A stretch of 64,000 bases of DNA from Moniliella sp. 'wahieum' (Eukaryota): positions 434,001 to 498,000 of the forward strand of contig RSEE01000010.1 of the NCBI GenBank assembly GCA_003971905.1, read 5' to 3'. This document shows positions 36,292 to 50,581 of the stretch, in pieces. The notes beneath the pieces were generated by a model, which did not search any database, was not told the origin of the DNA, and saw only the letters and a list, made by a program, of their open reading frames with translations. Position 1 is the first letter of the stretch; every line of letters begins with the position of its first letter. Made by a program: the position numbers and the translations under genes.

Positions 36292-39200
36292 ATGGAAATG
36301 GACGAGGACGACTGGCTTGCCGCCCAGGCCGAGCGCACGCCCTCCCCGGAGCCCGACCCCGAGTTTTTTGCTGCGCTCGAGCCCCGCGGCCTGCTCGAGG
36401 ACGACGCTCAAGCGGTTGCCCTCCCTCCGGCCCTTACCCCGCCATCAACAGCGCCTGCGCCTGCGCCTCCCGGCCAAAGCCACCCCTACCCCCGCGGCCC
36501 CCTGCCAGGCTCTCATATGGTCAAGGACGGTGATTATGCCGTGGCCGATGCTCAGGAGTCGCTACTCGGTCAAGATTGGGAGGACGATTTTTTCAACGAC
36601 AATGCCATGATGGACGAACTGCTGGACCAGCCCTTCGATGACGCGTCTGGTCTGTTGGATGAACCTGCGGGGCAGACTGCGCACCAGACCGCACACGCTT
36701 CCTCTGTCCCTCCTCATGACCCTACTCATACTGGTCCCATCGCTGATCCTGTCCCGGACACGCGTCATGACGCAGCGCTGGCGGCTGCCCTGGCTCGGGA
36801 GCTTGACGAGTCGCAACGCGATCTGGGCAATGCACTGGCCCAACTCGGTTCTTCCAGCAGGGGAGGTGACGGCCGTGCCTCTGGCTCTTTTGACCCTCCT
36901 CCCTAGAAGAGCAGACTCCTGCTGTGGAGGCATACTCTTTCCAGTACGGGCACCGAGATGATCGTGGGATCCCCAAGTACCTCCCCGTTGCTAGCAGCAT
37001 CGCCTTTGCCTTTGATGGTACAGAAATCAGGTTGCCTCGACGTCGAAGAATGAAGGGATGGCGACCTTCCAAGGGGCACTACAATCCGGACGCCGGCGAG
37101 GGCAAGATTGATTCTCGCACAGGAGCCTTGCAGCTCACTGCGCAGCCCGTGTACCAGATGATGGACGACCTGAAACGGCGCAAGGCCCAGACAGCGCAAC
37201 GCATCCAAGCTGAAAGCGGACCCGATCATCAACGCTCGGCACTTCAGGCAATTCAAGATATGGACCGTCCTGTCCCTTCAAGCAGAGCTGCCAAGTCCCC
37301 CGCAGCCCAGTTGGCTGAGATCCAAATACGCTCCAAACTTTGGGTCGACAAGCATCGTCCATCTACCTTTGCCCATCTTCTTGGGGAAGAGCGGGTCCAT
37401 CGGGCTGTTCTAGGGTGGATCAAGGCATGGGACCCTTGTGTGTTCAAGACAACCCCACCGCCTGTCGAACCCAATGCCAATGCGCCGTGGGAGAAGCCCG
37501 ACCCCCTTCATCGTCCGCAGCAAAAGGTACTCTTGCTCTCCGGTCCCGCTGGGGCCGGGAAGACCACGCTGGCCCATATCTTGGCCAAACAGGCTGGATA
37601 CGACGTGTTCGAGATGAACGCGTCGGATGCCCGTGCGGCATCCAGTGTGGACGAGACGTTGAGACAGGCGCTCGATTCTGGGTCGTCGGTCAAATGTGAG
37701 AAACCAACTCTAGTGATTCTGGACGAGATTGATGGTGCGACGGGAGGAAGTGGTGATGGAGCGAGCTTTATCCGCTCTCTTGTCCGTCTCATTGAGCGTG
37801 GCTCTCTGCCCCCGCGGCCCAAAAAAGCGAGAAAGAAGGGGAAACAGCCAACCGTTCTCCAGCGTCCGATCATCTGCATCTGCAACGACCTTTATGCCCC
37901 CTCCCTTAGGGCTTTACGACTAATTGCCAAGGTCGTACGCGTGCCAGTGCCACCAGCCAAGGCGGTCGTACAGCGTCTGCGGCAGGTTAGCACCATTGAG
38001 GGCTTACCAACGGACAACAAGGGTCTCACACTCCTTACGGAGCTTACCGGAGGTGACCTACGATCCTGCTTGAATGCCCTTCAGCTTCTTGCCGCCCACA
38101 CAGCCGATCTGCAACAGAGCAGGATGGACCCAGCAAGCGCGCCCGCAGAGGCATCACCGAAGAATCACTACGCGGTGCGGCTCTCGGTATCAAAGACGGA
38201 GGTTCGAACTTGCCCCGTGTATGGGACGTTCTATTGCGTGCACGAGACTCGCGCAAGCTGAAAGCACTTTCCGCTGCAGCCCTCCTCGCCGAAGACGCGG
38301 CTGGGCGGGGCCAGACCGACGCGTGGCTGCTGGGGGTGGTTCATGAGCTTCAACTCTGTGGGGAATATGACAAGATCAATGTGGGCCTCGCCTCGGCTTG
38401 GCCCTCTTTCCTCGCCACCGCCAAGGACGATGGATGGGGCAGGGCAGTCAAGGCGCTAGATTGGCTCGCCTTCGGTGAAACGCTGTCCATGTCAATGCGC
38501 GGCGGTAGCTTTGAGATGCTCCCATATTGCCCCTTTGCGATCGCTCCCTGGCATGGCCTGTTCGCACACCACCGCATCCCCTTGCCAGATTATCCACGGC
38601 ACGACATCGAGGTGTGTTGTGGTTCCTGGCACCGTCTCTGCTTTGAGACGTTTTAACTAACTTTTGACTCTTTTAGGCACGTCAACGCGCTTCGGCGTTC
38701 CAAGAGATCATTCAATCGGTCCAAGAAACGCTTCCATCTCATTTCCGTGCTACCTTTGACACGGCTCGTGTGGCTACAGAGCTGGGCCCCGTATTGACCA
38801 AGATTATCAATCCTTTGATAAAGCCGGTATGTCATTTCTCAGGTCTTGAGGCATCGATCGAAGCTGACATTTTTGGTGTACAGATCAACTCCCTCGTCAC
38901 CTCTCCGTCGGAGCGAGCGGCAGCCGAACATGCGGTCGAGGTAATGCTCTCTCTCGGTATCCGTTTCGTTTCGGACAAAAACGAGGCAGGACACACGGTT
39001 TACCGGACTGAACCTCCACTGGACGAGTTTGTGGAAGGTTTGACAGAGGATGTGGCCCTCTTTTCCAGGGCGACAGAGTCGTCCGATCCATCCGCCGCAT
39101 CTGACTCGACGGTCAAGGGTGCCAGTTCGGGGAGCGGATTTGCTATTCGCCACTATCTCGCCCGCGAGATGGGAAAGATCGAGTTTGCCAGAGCCGAGAA

Positions 39201-39552
39201 GGCCAAGGCAGAGGCGTTGGCGGCCAGTGGAGAAGCCCGCGCGCCTGGGGCCGAGGTGACCAAGACTTACTTGTCCGGTCAAGCTGGGGGCGAGCTGGGC
39301 AGCGCGGCGGGCGGGTCGGTAGCCAAAGACTTTTTTGGCAGACCTGTTGTGCAGGCTAAGCCGACGCAAGGACGGCCCCATCGCCGTGCCCAGGACGAGG
39401 CTTCTGCCGGCGGAGCCGAGGGCGGAGGAGACGAGCCTACGGAGGAGCCGGCAGCCAAGCGCTTCCGGCCTCATCCCAAGATTTCTTTCCGCTTCAACGA
39501 GGGCTTCTCCAACGCGGTGCGCAAGAGCATCCGACTCCAAGATCTTCTCTGA
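36292..39552 (+). CDS. CTF18: Chromosome transmission fidelity protein 18 (RFC-like clamp-loader AAA+ ATPase); 2 introns, frameshifts ~36903 and ~38200
   Basis: LWVDKHRP, LLSGPAGAGKTTLAH, EMNASDAR, ILDEIDG, RPIICICNDLYAPSLR, GDLRSCLNALQ, KDFFGR, RFNEGFSNAVRK. Confidence 0.96.
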
Positions 39553-39960
39553 TATGGTCGTATGCGAAGAGATGTAATAAACGGTCAGAACCAGGATTGC
39601 GTTGTAGCCACCCCCCGTCAGGCCTCGTCGTCGACACCATCGGCGTCGTCCAAGTCTGTAGGCAGGCCAGTGAGCACAGCAGTAGGCAAGCCGTCGGGAG
39701 AGCCTGAGCGATAGCGGAGGACGCGTCTGCTTGCGTAATGCATAATGCGCGCCTACGCGCCTGCTGTCTACCATCGACTATCCCCGACGCGATGATCGCC
39801 TGCTGAACATTTCACGCCCCCGTGCTGTGGACCTGCTGCGGCTCTGTCTCCTCCTCCTTGCCCCTTCTTCCACCATCACCGATACCACTCACCGCTCACC
39901 GCGCCTCCACCGCCGCACGCGTTACGCTGCATGGTGACGACGCCCTTCCTGCCGACTGCC

Positions 39961-41775
39961 ATGGCCAACGTCCCGGGCGCGAATGGGGCGGTCCCCTTCC
40001 GCCCCTCCGTCGCTCCTCCGTCCATGGCCGTCTATGCCGCGCCCCCCACCTCCTGGCCCCAGGGCACCTTGGCCCAGCCCTTGCCTCCGTTCCAGCCCAT
40101 TGTGCCTGGCACACGACGTCAAGCCACCTTCACCTCCTACCCCAGCCGCATCAAGGCCGGGACAACGACTCTTGCTACTCCCAGCGGCGAAAAGGTGTCT
40201 GCTCCTGCCGCATATGGGTCGCGTGGCCTTCCCGATGCCGAACTCAGTCGCGTCTCCAGCTCCCGCACCAGTCGGCGCACTGGCCGGATCGTGTATCGCG
40301 AAGCGTCTGACGAGGAGGAGCTTTATGCAGAGGATAACGATTCCAGCAGCCAAGAGGAGGAAGCGCCTTCACAGGATCAAGACGCGCCTGGAGCCTGGCT
40401 TGGCCGGCCATTGCCAGCAAACAAAACGATCATCCAGGTAGCCCGCCCTTTACCTTACCCGCTCTCGAGCGAGGAGCAACGCCGTGCTGCATCCCGTGCT
40501 CCCGAGACTTTGTACCCCATCAAGATTGACTTGGAAGTGGGGGGGCACCTGATTCACGATGTGTTTACCTGGAACAAGAATGAGACCCTTCTTACCCCAC
40601 TGGCCTTCGCCGAACGCTTTCTCCGGGATTTGGATCTCCCCGAAGAATACGCCGAGTCCATTGCGGCATCGATCACCCAGCAGCTCGAAGATGCGGCCTC
40701 GGCTGATTTTGCTGTTGGGCCTCCCCAGGCAAATCATTGGACGTCTGGGCAAGCCGTTGGGTCTCAAGAGCATGACGCGCTGCCGATCAAGATGAAACGC
40801 AGAGATGCTCGTCCTTGGGACTGGGGTCTCGACAAAGGGTTAGATGTACGTCCGTCCAAGAAAAGGAAACGTGTAGCTCCTTCCGTACCGTTGGATCGGG
40901 ACGAAGAACAAAGCATGGAGCCTACGGACGCCCTGGTATCGTCAGTCGAGAAGGAAGACGACTTGCGTGTGATTGTGTCGGTGAGTACCTTGTCTCGGTC
41001 CAGATGAACTTTGATTGACATGGATATCCAGTATGAAGTCCAGATCCTTCGCGACTTGCTTAAGGACCGAGTAGAGTGGGATTTGTCCTCTCCCTTGACT
41101 CCCGAGGACTATGCTGCAGGCCTGTGCCAAGACCTTGGCCTAACCGGAGAAGCTCTCCCTTTGATTGCCAATGCGGTGAGAGGGGAGTTGGCCCAGCACA
41201 AGCTTGCTGTGATGGAGCAGTACTTGGTTGGATCCGGGGCCCAGTATGACCTCGCGTCCCGCGAGCTGGAAGAAGCAGTGCAGGAAGAGTGGGAGGAACG
41301 GATGGAGTGGGCGGCCACCAAGAAACGTGCCGAATTATTTGGTCTTCCTCCTCCGCAATTGTCCACGGAAGTGACGGTGTCTCAAGGCGCTACGCCTACC
41401 TCAGGCCCATCTGGATTGGACTCACCTGCACTTGTGCCTGCTGTTGTGGAGAAGCGGGGACGAGGGCGTCCATTCAAGTACCCCAGGGCGTCGGGACTGG
41501 ATGGTGAACTTACTGGTCAGGCTGGCTCGGAGCCCATGCTACCGGCCATGAGACGGCGCAAGGAAGCCGAGGCAGCCCTAACGTCTCTTCTCAACCGCTC
41601 GTCCAAACCATTGCAGGACATTTGGCGCGACTGGACGGATGCCAAGGAATCGGGGCCATCGCTGGAACGGATCAGCCCCGAGGACTTGGAGCGCTTGGCA
41701 CATGAGCAGCTGCGTGCGGCTCGTCGGGGGAAGCGCGATCAGGCTCGTGCAGGTCCCAGCCGGCGCCGCCGATGA
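39961..41775 (+). CDS. SFH1: SNF5-family chromatin-remodelling subunit, RSC Sfh1-like (intron 40981-41031)
   Basis: QATFTSYPSRIKAGTT, LYPIKIDLE...IHDVFTWNKNE...FAERFLRDLDL, DRVEWDLSSPLTPEDYAAGLCQDLGLTGE. Confidence 0.85.
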
Positions 41776-43357
41776 GTAGCAAATCGGCCTGTTCCAACGC
41801 TGTTGCTGTCAATGAAACTCCTGTACGCTGCGATCGCAGTAAAGTGAAGCCAGGCATTGATCATCTGATTAGCGAGACCACTCCGGACCTTGTCACCTGC
41901 TATACAACATGCATGATCCTGGAGGCGAGGGGAGCTGGAACTGTGTGACACGAGCAGAAACGATTAATGGGAATGTGGCACAAAGCCCTGTCCACAGGAC
42001 AAACATGCTTCAAGCAGCGGACGGCAGAGCAAAGGCGGGGGCGATGGAAACGAAAAGGGGACGGCGCGCGGTAAGGATTGGAGCGCTTGCTTTAATTCCT
42101 CCTTCCATCAGCATCACTGTCGCTGTCCTTGAGGGCCAGATGACGCGAGAAGGATAGAGGAAAGTGGTAAAGATCATCGGTGCGGGTTGCGCCAATATAC
42201 TGGGGGGTGGGTACTGGGTAAGTAACCTGTTGGTGGGTATCGATAATCAGCTGAGACTCCCAGATCCGGTGAAGGACCGTGGTAGAGGTACATAAGACCG
42301 AACTTATATTCATCGAGAAGAGAGCACAATGCATAGTGAACGAGCTGCGTTCCCAAAGCACAGATATGAAGAAGTCTGCACCTCATCGACTCATCCAAGA
42401 AACTACAGAGATTAACCGACAGATATTGATCCCCACAGGAACCCGAGATGAAGAGGAGACGAAAGCAACGTTCTATACACCCAGACGACTTGATGTTTAA
42501 TGACCGGACAGAACAGGTGCGGGGATTCGTGTCGCAATCGCATGCTACTTAGTACCTATTATGTACTACTGGCGGTACAGTAGTGCAGCATTACATGTTA
42601 CCATATTTAAAGCCAGACTCATGCTGGATCAATTTCTGCAGCAGCTCTCAGTCTCCAGTTAGCCAGGGGATGATGGCCTCTGGACAGAGTGGCCCCTGTG
42701 CCACTGGCCTGCAAAACGGGATAAAAAGGGATGAGGAGGTCGATGAGGCTGGTTTAAGTGATATAGCGGGCGCAATGGCTCATAGCCCCCGATCTCTGTA
42801 GCCGAAAGTGTTGCGCTGCATTGGATCTCACAAAAGCAAACTCACGCTGGGAGCTGTAATGTCGTGCATGACGGAGTATAGCAGCCTACCAGCCACGCTC
42901 AGAAAATAGTGAGTGCAGTGACGAGCAATGGTGGTCGCAACACAGAAGGGAGAGGAGGACAGAGGGGGGGCAGCTGGGGCTGGCTGCAGTTCCTCCGCCG
43001 TGGCAAGCTATCCACCTTCGTCGTAATCATGAAAGGGGGGGCTACTGGGGTTTTGGCGGGTAACGATAATAGGAGCGGCTTCGCTCAGCGCGTGCCGCTG
43101 GTAGCCGTAGGGTTGGTGGAAGTGTTGCTTGCACGAATCTGAAATGTTCAATCGGTGTGCCTGTTCCGCCCACGCGCGGCTCACGGCAGCTGGCCAACAG
43201 CATGTGATACTCCTTGTGCTCCACAGCGTCGACGACACAGACGAACACAACCACCGCCGCCGCCGCCACCACCACCACCGTCCCGCTGTCTCCATCTACC
43301 CTACTGGGCTCTCCGCGTTCTCCGTATTGCCCCCACTCCTTAATCGTCTTGCCCACC

Positions 43358-46300
43358 ATGGCCGACGGCGGCAACATCAAGGTCGTTGTCCGATGCCGCC
43401 CCCTCAACTCGCGCGAGAAAGCTCGCGGAGCCAGCTACCTCATTGATGTTACCAGCCCTACCTCTCTCGTTCTCAACCCTCCTCCGGGTGGCGACACCAA
43501 GGAGAATGCGCGTGCCACAAAGAGAAGCCGATGCCCTTCAGCTTTGACCGCATGTTTCCCGAAGACACCGAACAGTCTGAGCTCTTTGACTTCGTCGGCG
43601 AGGATCTCCTCCAGCATGCCTTTTCTGGGTTCAACACCTGCGTCTTTGCTTACGGACAAACCGGTTCGGGCAAGAGTCATTCCATGGTTGGATATGCTGA
43701 GCAGAAAGGCCTTATCCCCCTCACCTGCTCCCGCATTTTTGTAGACATTGCGTCCAAGACCGCTGCCGACCCCAACCTCAAAGTGACAGTCGAGGTGTCC
43801 TACATGGAGATCTACAACGAAAAGGTCCACGATCTTTTAAACCCCAAAAACAAAGGCAACTTGAAGGTCCGCGAGCATCCTAGCCTGGGCCCCTACGTCG
43901 AGGATCTGAGTCGTTTGCTCGTCAATACCTACGAAGAGATTGATTCCCTTCTTGACGAGGGTAACAAGGCTCGTACCACGCTTCTACCAACATGAATGCC
44001 ACCTCCTCTCGTTCTCATGCCGTCATCACGCTCATTTTGACTCAAAAACGCCATGATGTCGAAACTAAACTCGACACCGAAAAGGTATCTCGCATCAGGT
44101 ATGTCAGCCTCCATGTTCCCCCATCTTTCCCCTCTGCATACATTGACCCCCCTTCTCTGTATTTCCTATTCTTAGCCTTGTTGATTTGGCTGGTTCCGAA
44201 CGTGCAAATTCTACCGGTGCCACGGGCGATCGGCTCAAGGAAGGCGCCAACATTAATCGTTCCCTGACCACTCTTGGTAAGGTCATTGCCGCGCTCGCTG
44301 GGGAACCGATCGGAGCGGCGCCCAAGAAGGGGCAAGAAGAGCGCGCTCGACTTTATCCCTTATCGGGACTCGATTCTTACCTGGCTTCTCAAAGACTCTT
44401 TGGGTGGTAACTCCAAAACAGCCATGATTGCTGCTATTTCACCCGCCGATTACGAGGAGACCCTCAGCACACTGCGGTATGCTGATCAGGCCAAGAAGAT
44501 TAAAAACAAAGCGGTTGTTAATGAAGATCCGAACGCCAAGCTCATTCGTGAGCTCAAGGAGGAGCTCGAACTACTGCGTGCTCAGGTTGGTGTCGGAGGC
44601 GATGGAGCTGGAAACGGATTGCCGCTCTCTACTGCAGCTCCGATGTACGATGCGAGCGTGCCTCCAGAGAAGCAAACAGTCACATACCAGACCAAGAGCG
44701 GTGAGATGCGCACGTTGACGAAAAAGGAACTCCAAGAACAACTGGAACAGAGCGAGAAGCTGATGAAGTCCCTGGATGAGAGCTGGGAAGACAAGATGGC
44801 TCGGACAGACGCCATCCATCGCGAGCGAGAACGAGCCCTCGAGGAGCTCGGGATCTCGATTTCCCATACCATTGCCCACTCCAACGATGTGGGGCTGGTC
44901 CATACTCCCAAATCGTTGCCCCACTTGGTCAACCTCAACGAGGACCCACTCATGAATGAGTGCCTCATTTACCAGCTCAAAGCCGGCAAAACCTTTGTCG
45001 GGAATGATGGGCATCAACAAGCCAGCTCAGATGATCAAGACGGCGAAGGGGAAGGCAATGACGATGGCTCTGCCCATAAGTTAAGCGAAGTCACCATCCC
45101 TTTGAGTGGCACCAACATTCAACCCCTTCATTGCGTCTTCACTAACGAAGGAGGCAAGGTCACCATTCAATCTTTACCGGGTGCATTAACTATGGTCAAC
45201 GGCCAACGCCTAGAGCCTTCCCAAAGCAAGCGACTGCGTTCTGGGTACCGCGTTATCCTGGGAGACTAGTCTTCCGCTTCAATCACCCGGAGGAAGTACG
45301 CAAGGCTCGTGATCGTGTCAATCTAGCCAAAACTAATCCAGCCGAGGGCGAGGCAGACGATTCTCCATCTTCGGATAGTGAAGACAACAACGTCGAAGTG
45401 GATTGGAGCTATGCCCGAGCCGAGGCGGCGTTGGCCAAGTTAAACGGCGAAAATGTTGATTTCGGAAAGTTCGACGAGGCGGAGCTGGAGAAGCTCATGG
45501 AAGATGTGCGACGGGCACAGATTAAGAAACGTGGGGCCGGCTCATCGCTCGAGCTAAACGACAATGGCTCCCAGCCGAGTACATCAAACATTCCGCTTGA
45601 GTGGACCGGCGAATGGGATGACGGTGCACCTTGGGGGGGGCTCAATGGGCATCTGAAGGTGGTTCTGACCTACCGTCTACCCCTGTTGGTTTAGCACAAG
45701 AAACCCAATTGCTCCGTGATCGTGTCCGCAAGTACGAGCAACAGCTTGCGGAGAATGGAGGGGTGCTTTCCGCCTATGCGCCCCTCTCGTCGCGCGAGTG
45801 TACTGTGGCTCGTCTTGCTCTGGCCCATTGGCATATGCCTGCCCCCCTCCGCTTGGCTCGAGACCTACAACATGGCGCGTCTCTCGTCCTCCGCGCCATG
45901 CGTGCTGCTGCATTGGCGAAAAAAAATGTGCAATACCAGCTCACCATTCTTGACCGCGAGCCTCCTTCGGCGGCGGCCCTTCTCAAGTCGGAAACCAGTT
46001 CAAGCCGAAATTTCCCAGATGACTCGAGCTCAATCCTGGGTCTCGAGGCTCCGGATGACATTGCCCCTGACCGTGCTCTAAGCCTGGGGCCTCGCCCTTG
46101 TGTGGCGGTACAAGTCTTGGATCGGGAGCGTTCCGCCATTTTTGTCTGGTCTTTCGACAAACTTGAAGCTACTATTGGCCGGATGGAGCAAGCTGCGGCT
46201 GCTGTGGCCAACCCAGCTATGACCCCCCTTCCCAACCGAGATGTCGAAGTCTCCACTGCCAATCCGTTCACCACCCAAGCCATGGTGCCCCCTTTCTTTT

Positions 46301-49026
46301 TCATCGGTGCGGCACTCGTCCCTTTAGCCCCCCTCTCCAAGGGCCAAAGCACAACTTACGCAATGGTACCGTTCCGCAACGCCCAAACCAATACACTTAT
46401 GGGGACGTGCCGTGTGCGATTATCCGTCCGTGGTCTGGTCCGTCCTCGCCGAGCCAAAGATAAGGCCAGTTATGGTCATTTGCCTTTGGGCGCTCGTCTG
46501 GCCCTCACCATCGAGGTGGACGAAATGGCAGGGCTCGAAACTGCGGATTTCGTCCAGGCACATTTGCAAGTGCGCCGCGAAAGTCTGACAGGCGAACCGG
46601 ACACCTTCCAATTGTCTTACGCCTCCGATCGTGGCGCGCACCCTTTCTTGGACCTGTCAACCGCTGCCGGTAACACCAGTTCCGGCCCCTATCCCATCGC
46701 TAGCGCTTACCTCTTACCTCGATCCCAGCTCGTGTGGCTCAGACGCGCACCTGGCGCAACGTGCGCTTGCGTAAGGCGGTGGATGTACTTCTCACGCCCT
46801 CTTCGGTATATCACCTAACCTACGGGTATGCCGCGATTGAGCTATTTGCCTCCCCTTCGCCCAGCTACTTTACTCGCCTGGAAACACTTTCTGAAGCTTC
46901 CATACCTGCTACGGTTTCCAACACAGAGACGAGTCCCCCTCCTCACCACATGATGGTCCAAGCCCGATCAGTATCTACCACCAGAGTGTCATTATTCGTT
47001 TCGAGATCCACGAGTTGGGTGTCTCGGGCGAGTACGAACCGGTGCAGGTGGTTCCATTGGATTTATCATCCTCTAATAACTCTGAACAGAAGAACACTGT
47101 CTCTGGGGAGAGTGGCAATGGGCCCAAGCCAGTTGACATGCCGGCTTTTTTCCTCCGCCAAGGCAGCCAACGCAAATTCGTGCTCCGTGTCCAGTCGGAA
47201 AAGCGTGGCTGTGTCGAGCTACATCGGATCGCTACCCTAAAAGTAGGTGACGTCTGTCTTATTGACAGTGGGGGCTACTCGCACAAGTCAAGTGATGACC
47301 GTCTCATTCCCTTGGCTCAGCGGTCTACAAACTCCCTCGAGCGTCCCGGTGTTGTCCATCTTCACTCATCGGCGCGATGGGACTTCACCAGTCACCAAAC
47401 AACCTGTTTCTCGACCGCATCACCCGGCCAGGGAATACACCAGTCTTAAGGTCCAAATTGAGATCGAGGCTGAGGTCCGCAACCAACTGTTGCCGGTCAC
47501 TCGACGCACCCAGAGCTAATCGCCTTTGGGACTACCCTCCGAGCAACTGTGCACTCCCCAGACGCAACACCTGCGACAAGTTGGAGGAGCTGGGTCGGAC
47601 AAGCTCCTGAACCCGTCACAACTGTGACGGAACTGTTTGACGTCCAACTGGTGCAGGCATCGGATCAGTTCGTCGACAGTTCGGCCTCCACTTCCGCAAA
47701 AATACAGTTTCCTTACCGATCATCTCGGAGGTGGCTGGATCGTCGCCAGGGCCGGCCCGTGTGGCGGCCACGAAGCCTTTCTCTCCTTGGTGCGTATTCG
47801 GACAGTACGCGCAAGCAAATCCTCCGTGCGGACGTGGAGGCCACCCGTGTTCTCTTAGATGCTCGTACCCTCCCTGCAGCCGCCCCCCCTTCTTCTCCTG
47901 GGACTGCTACATCTCCCGAGTTGCAAAATGGAAAACAACCTTGGGCCTTCACACCCGAGCAGAACCCTCTCCGTTGGAGGATGTGTGGGCCAACTCGACC
48001 ACCATGTCAACTGACCCCGGTCAAATTGATGACCTGGATACGAATGATCCTTGGGCCGCTCCTGATCCATGGCAATCCGAAAGCTCTCGCCCGACATCTA
48101 CTGCACCGATATCGGCCGACTCTGGTGCCGAGCTTCGTGATGGGCAAGATACGCCGCCGAGCTCAACGGACCATACCTTAACGTCGGACGACCCACGACT
48201 CTCTCCCGTAAACCACCTCGATCTCAACCCATGTCGATAGAGCGGGTTGTGGCCTTGTGGCAAAGTGCTTGTCGCGCCACCGAGTATGACCGGATGGGCA
48301 AAGTAAGTTGTGCTCGCTACGCCGAAACCTAGCTAACATTGGTGCAGTTCAATTATCAACCTCAACGGACTCCCCACTCCGTGCCCCTTGGTGAGAACGG
48401 CCCGCCTGCTTCGAAGATTGGACAGAAGGAGCCGACACTAGAGACGACGATCTTGGTCAACCCAGTCAACACCTTCCTTGCCTCCGCTGTGGCGGGGGCG
48501 CGGATGTCCACCTCGGCTGGGGCAAACAGGCGAAGCGGCTGGTTGCGCATTTGCACGGATCCAGTCCGAGCAGCGAACGGGCACCCTCCCGTCGTCCCGC
48601 CAATGCATCTCGTCCTGAGATCGATCCTTGGCCCCGTCTATGGACCGTTCTGTTCGGGCCCCACTTGCTCTTCTTTAATGAGCCGAACCCGCGCCGCCGG
48701 TGTTGGAAGGCGCTGTGCGCATTGACGCCAACTCGACAGTCGAGATCAGTAGCGAGCTTGGCCGGTTGTGTCAAGTACGTTTCTTTTCCTTTGGACCACC
48801 CCTTGCACACGGAGACTGACCCCCTTGTCTTGCTTAGGTTCCTGCCGTATTGTCACTTTTCACGTCAGCCAATTCGTATTTGCTCCTTGCCAGAACAGAG
48901 ACTGACCTTCATGGCTGGTTGTGCGTATCCTACGCCTTTCACACACTTCGCATATTTGACCGAGACTGACGACTGTTCCCTATCAGGATCTCCCTCCAAA
49001 CTGCCGTCAGCGACTGTGACCTTTGA
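43358..49026 (+). CDS. kin3: Kinesin-3 motor (Unc104/KIF1 family) with FHA and C-terminal PH-like domain; several introns and frameshifts
   Basis: [100 protein letters not shown]. Confidence 0.95.
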
Positions 49027-49435
49027 TTGTTTTTTTCCGTGAGCCCCATACCCGATACCCTTGCAGCCTCCGGCATGCAATCCGGCGTGGTCTTGGCTGG
49101 CTACTACATTGTTGGCTTGCTGCTGGCTGCTCAGTGCACCCCAGAGAGCCGAAATTTGACAGCAAAGGAAGCATCATAATGCCCGATCCCTGTTGCAGAA
49201 GTATTAGATGCCACACATCAGCGTTAGGATTGGGAACGTCGATTTTATCGAAAACACGTTATAACCGGAGGGCCAGGGCAACCTGAAAAGGATGGTACAC
49301 ATGCCGCGCGGGAGGAGGAAAGCGAACATAAGTAAAAGGAACCGCATCGAGAAGAAACATATGCCTCTCCTTCTGTACCATTGGCATGCTTTACTATTTT
49401 ATCTGTTGCGCCTCCACAAGATTCTTGCATCTTTC

Positions 49436-50310
49436 TTATTGCTTTAAGAAAGGAGCTAGAAGGCGGGGAAGCCAATCAGTAGCATCCCCTTGGAAGTGCC
49501 ATCCATCAAAATGGGAGTCACGCCCCGTCGATGGGTCCGGGTTGAAAACAGCCACCCGCCCCCCGGCCTCCTCAACTTGATCGATAAAACCAGCGGCCGG
49601 ATATACTGAAGCTGACATACCAATGGCTAGTAGCAGGTCCACACCCTTTTCAAAGAAGCGTTCGGTCTGCTCAAGTGCGTCGTGGGCAGCTGCTCTCCGA
49701 ACCACACAACCCCTGGACGCAAAAGAGAAGCACATTTGGGGCAACGAGGCAGGTCGCAGACTGGAATCGTGGGCTGATCGGGCTCGCCCGCCGACTGCTC
49801 GCTGAGTGGCGGTACTCGTCCCAACGCAGGGGTCAAGGGGTGGGTCAAGTCTTGCTTTTCGTAATCACAATGAAGAGAGGTGCAGCGAACGGTCATATCG
49901 CCATGCAGCTTCAGCAGGGAGGCCCGAGGGTGGTTGGCGCGTTCACACAGATCGTCCACGTTCTGAGAGATGGTCAGCAACCTGGACCCAGCTCCCCACC
50001 CAGAGGCCAAATCTGCCAAGGCGTGGTGGCCTGCATTGGGATGAGCTTGAAGCACGGCCGCGCGCCGGGCAGAGTAAAAGGACCATACCAGGCCCGGGTC
50101 CGCGGCAAAGGCTTGGGTGAGGCGAGCGACATGGCGCTGCGATGGCGCCAACCCCTCCTGGTCCGCGGAAGGTGCCGAGGCCACTGGATGCACTCAGTCC
50201 AGCCCCCAGCAAAGCAACTACCCGGCGCGACTGCGCCATATACGCCTGGAAGCTGGCCACGTCGGACGATATCCAGGGGGGTTGTGGGTGGCGCAAGGGA
50301 GATGGAGATG
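49436..50310 (-). CDS. NAD-dependent deacylase, class III sirtuin (SIRT5/CobB-like); start uncertain; frameshifts
   Basis: LLGAGLSASSGLGTFRG, VWSFYSARR, SQNVDDL, LHG, CxxxxC/CPKC, LRPGVVWFGE, GMSASVYPAAG. Confidence 0.9.
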
Positions 50311-50581
50311 AACTCGGATGACAGCGGCTGCGATCGCCTGGGGCGTCGTGTCGCCTGCGTATCTTCAATCTATGAGGATCTGAGGCTTCATCTGACGTCG
50401 GAAGCGCTGGAGGCCCAAGTTGAACATTCAAACGGTGACGTTGAAACATTGAACTCGCTTCGATCCGAAGACAGCAGAGACAACCCTAGCGTCGTCACGC
50501 ATACGTCACGTCTCCGCGCCGCTTCTTCCACGTCGCACCCGCGCCTGCTCCCGCTCGCCCCACCACCGCCTCCCGCCCGCC

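Noticed and set aside
36904..45269. Apparent in-frame TAG stops in CTF18 (36904) and kinesin (45267) as readthrough or recoding
   Set aside because: Coding resumes in a different frame, consistent with indel errors.
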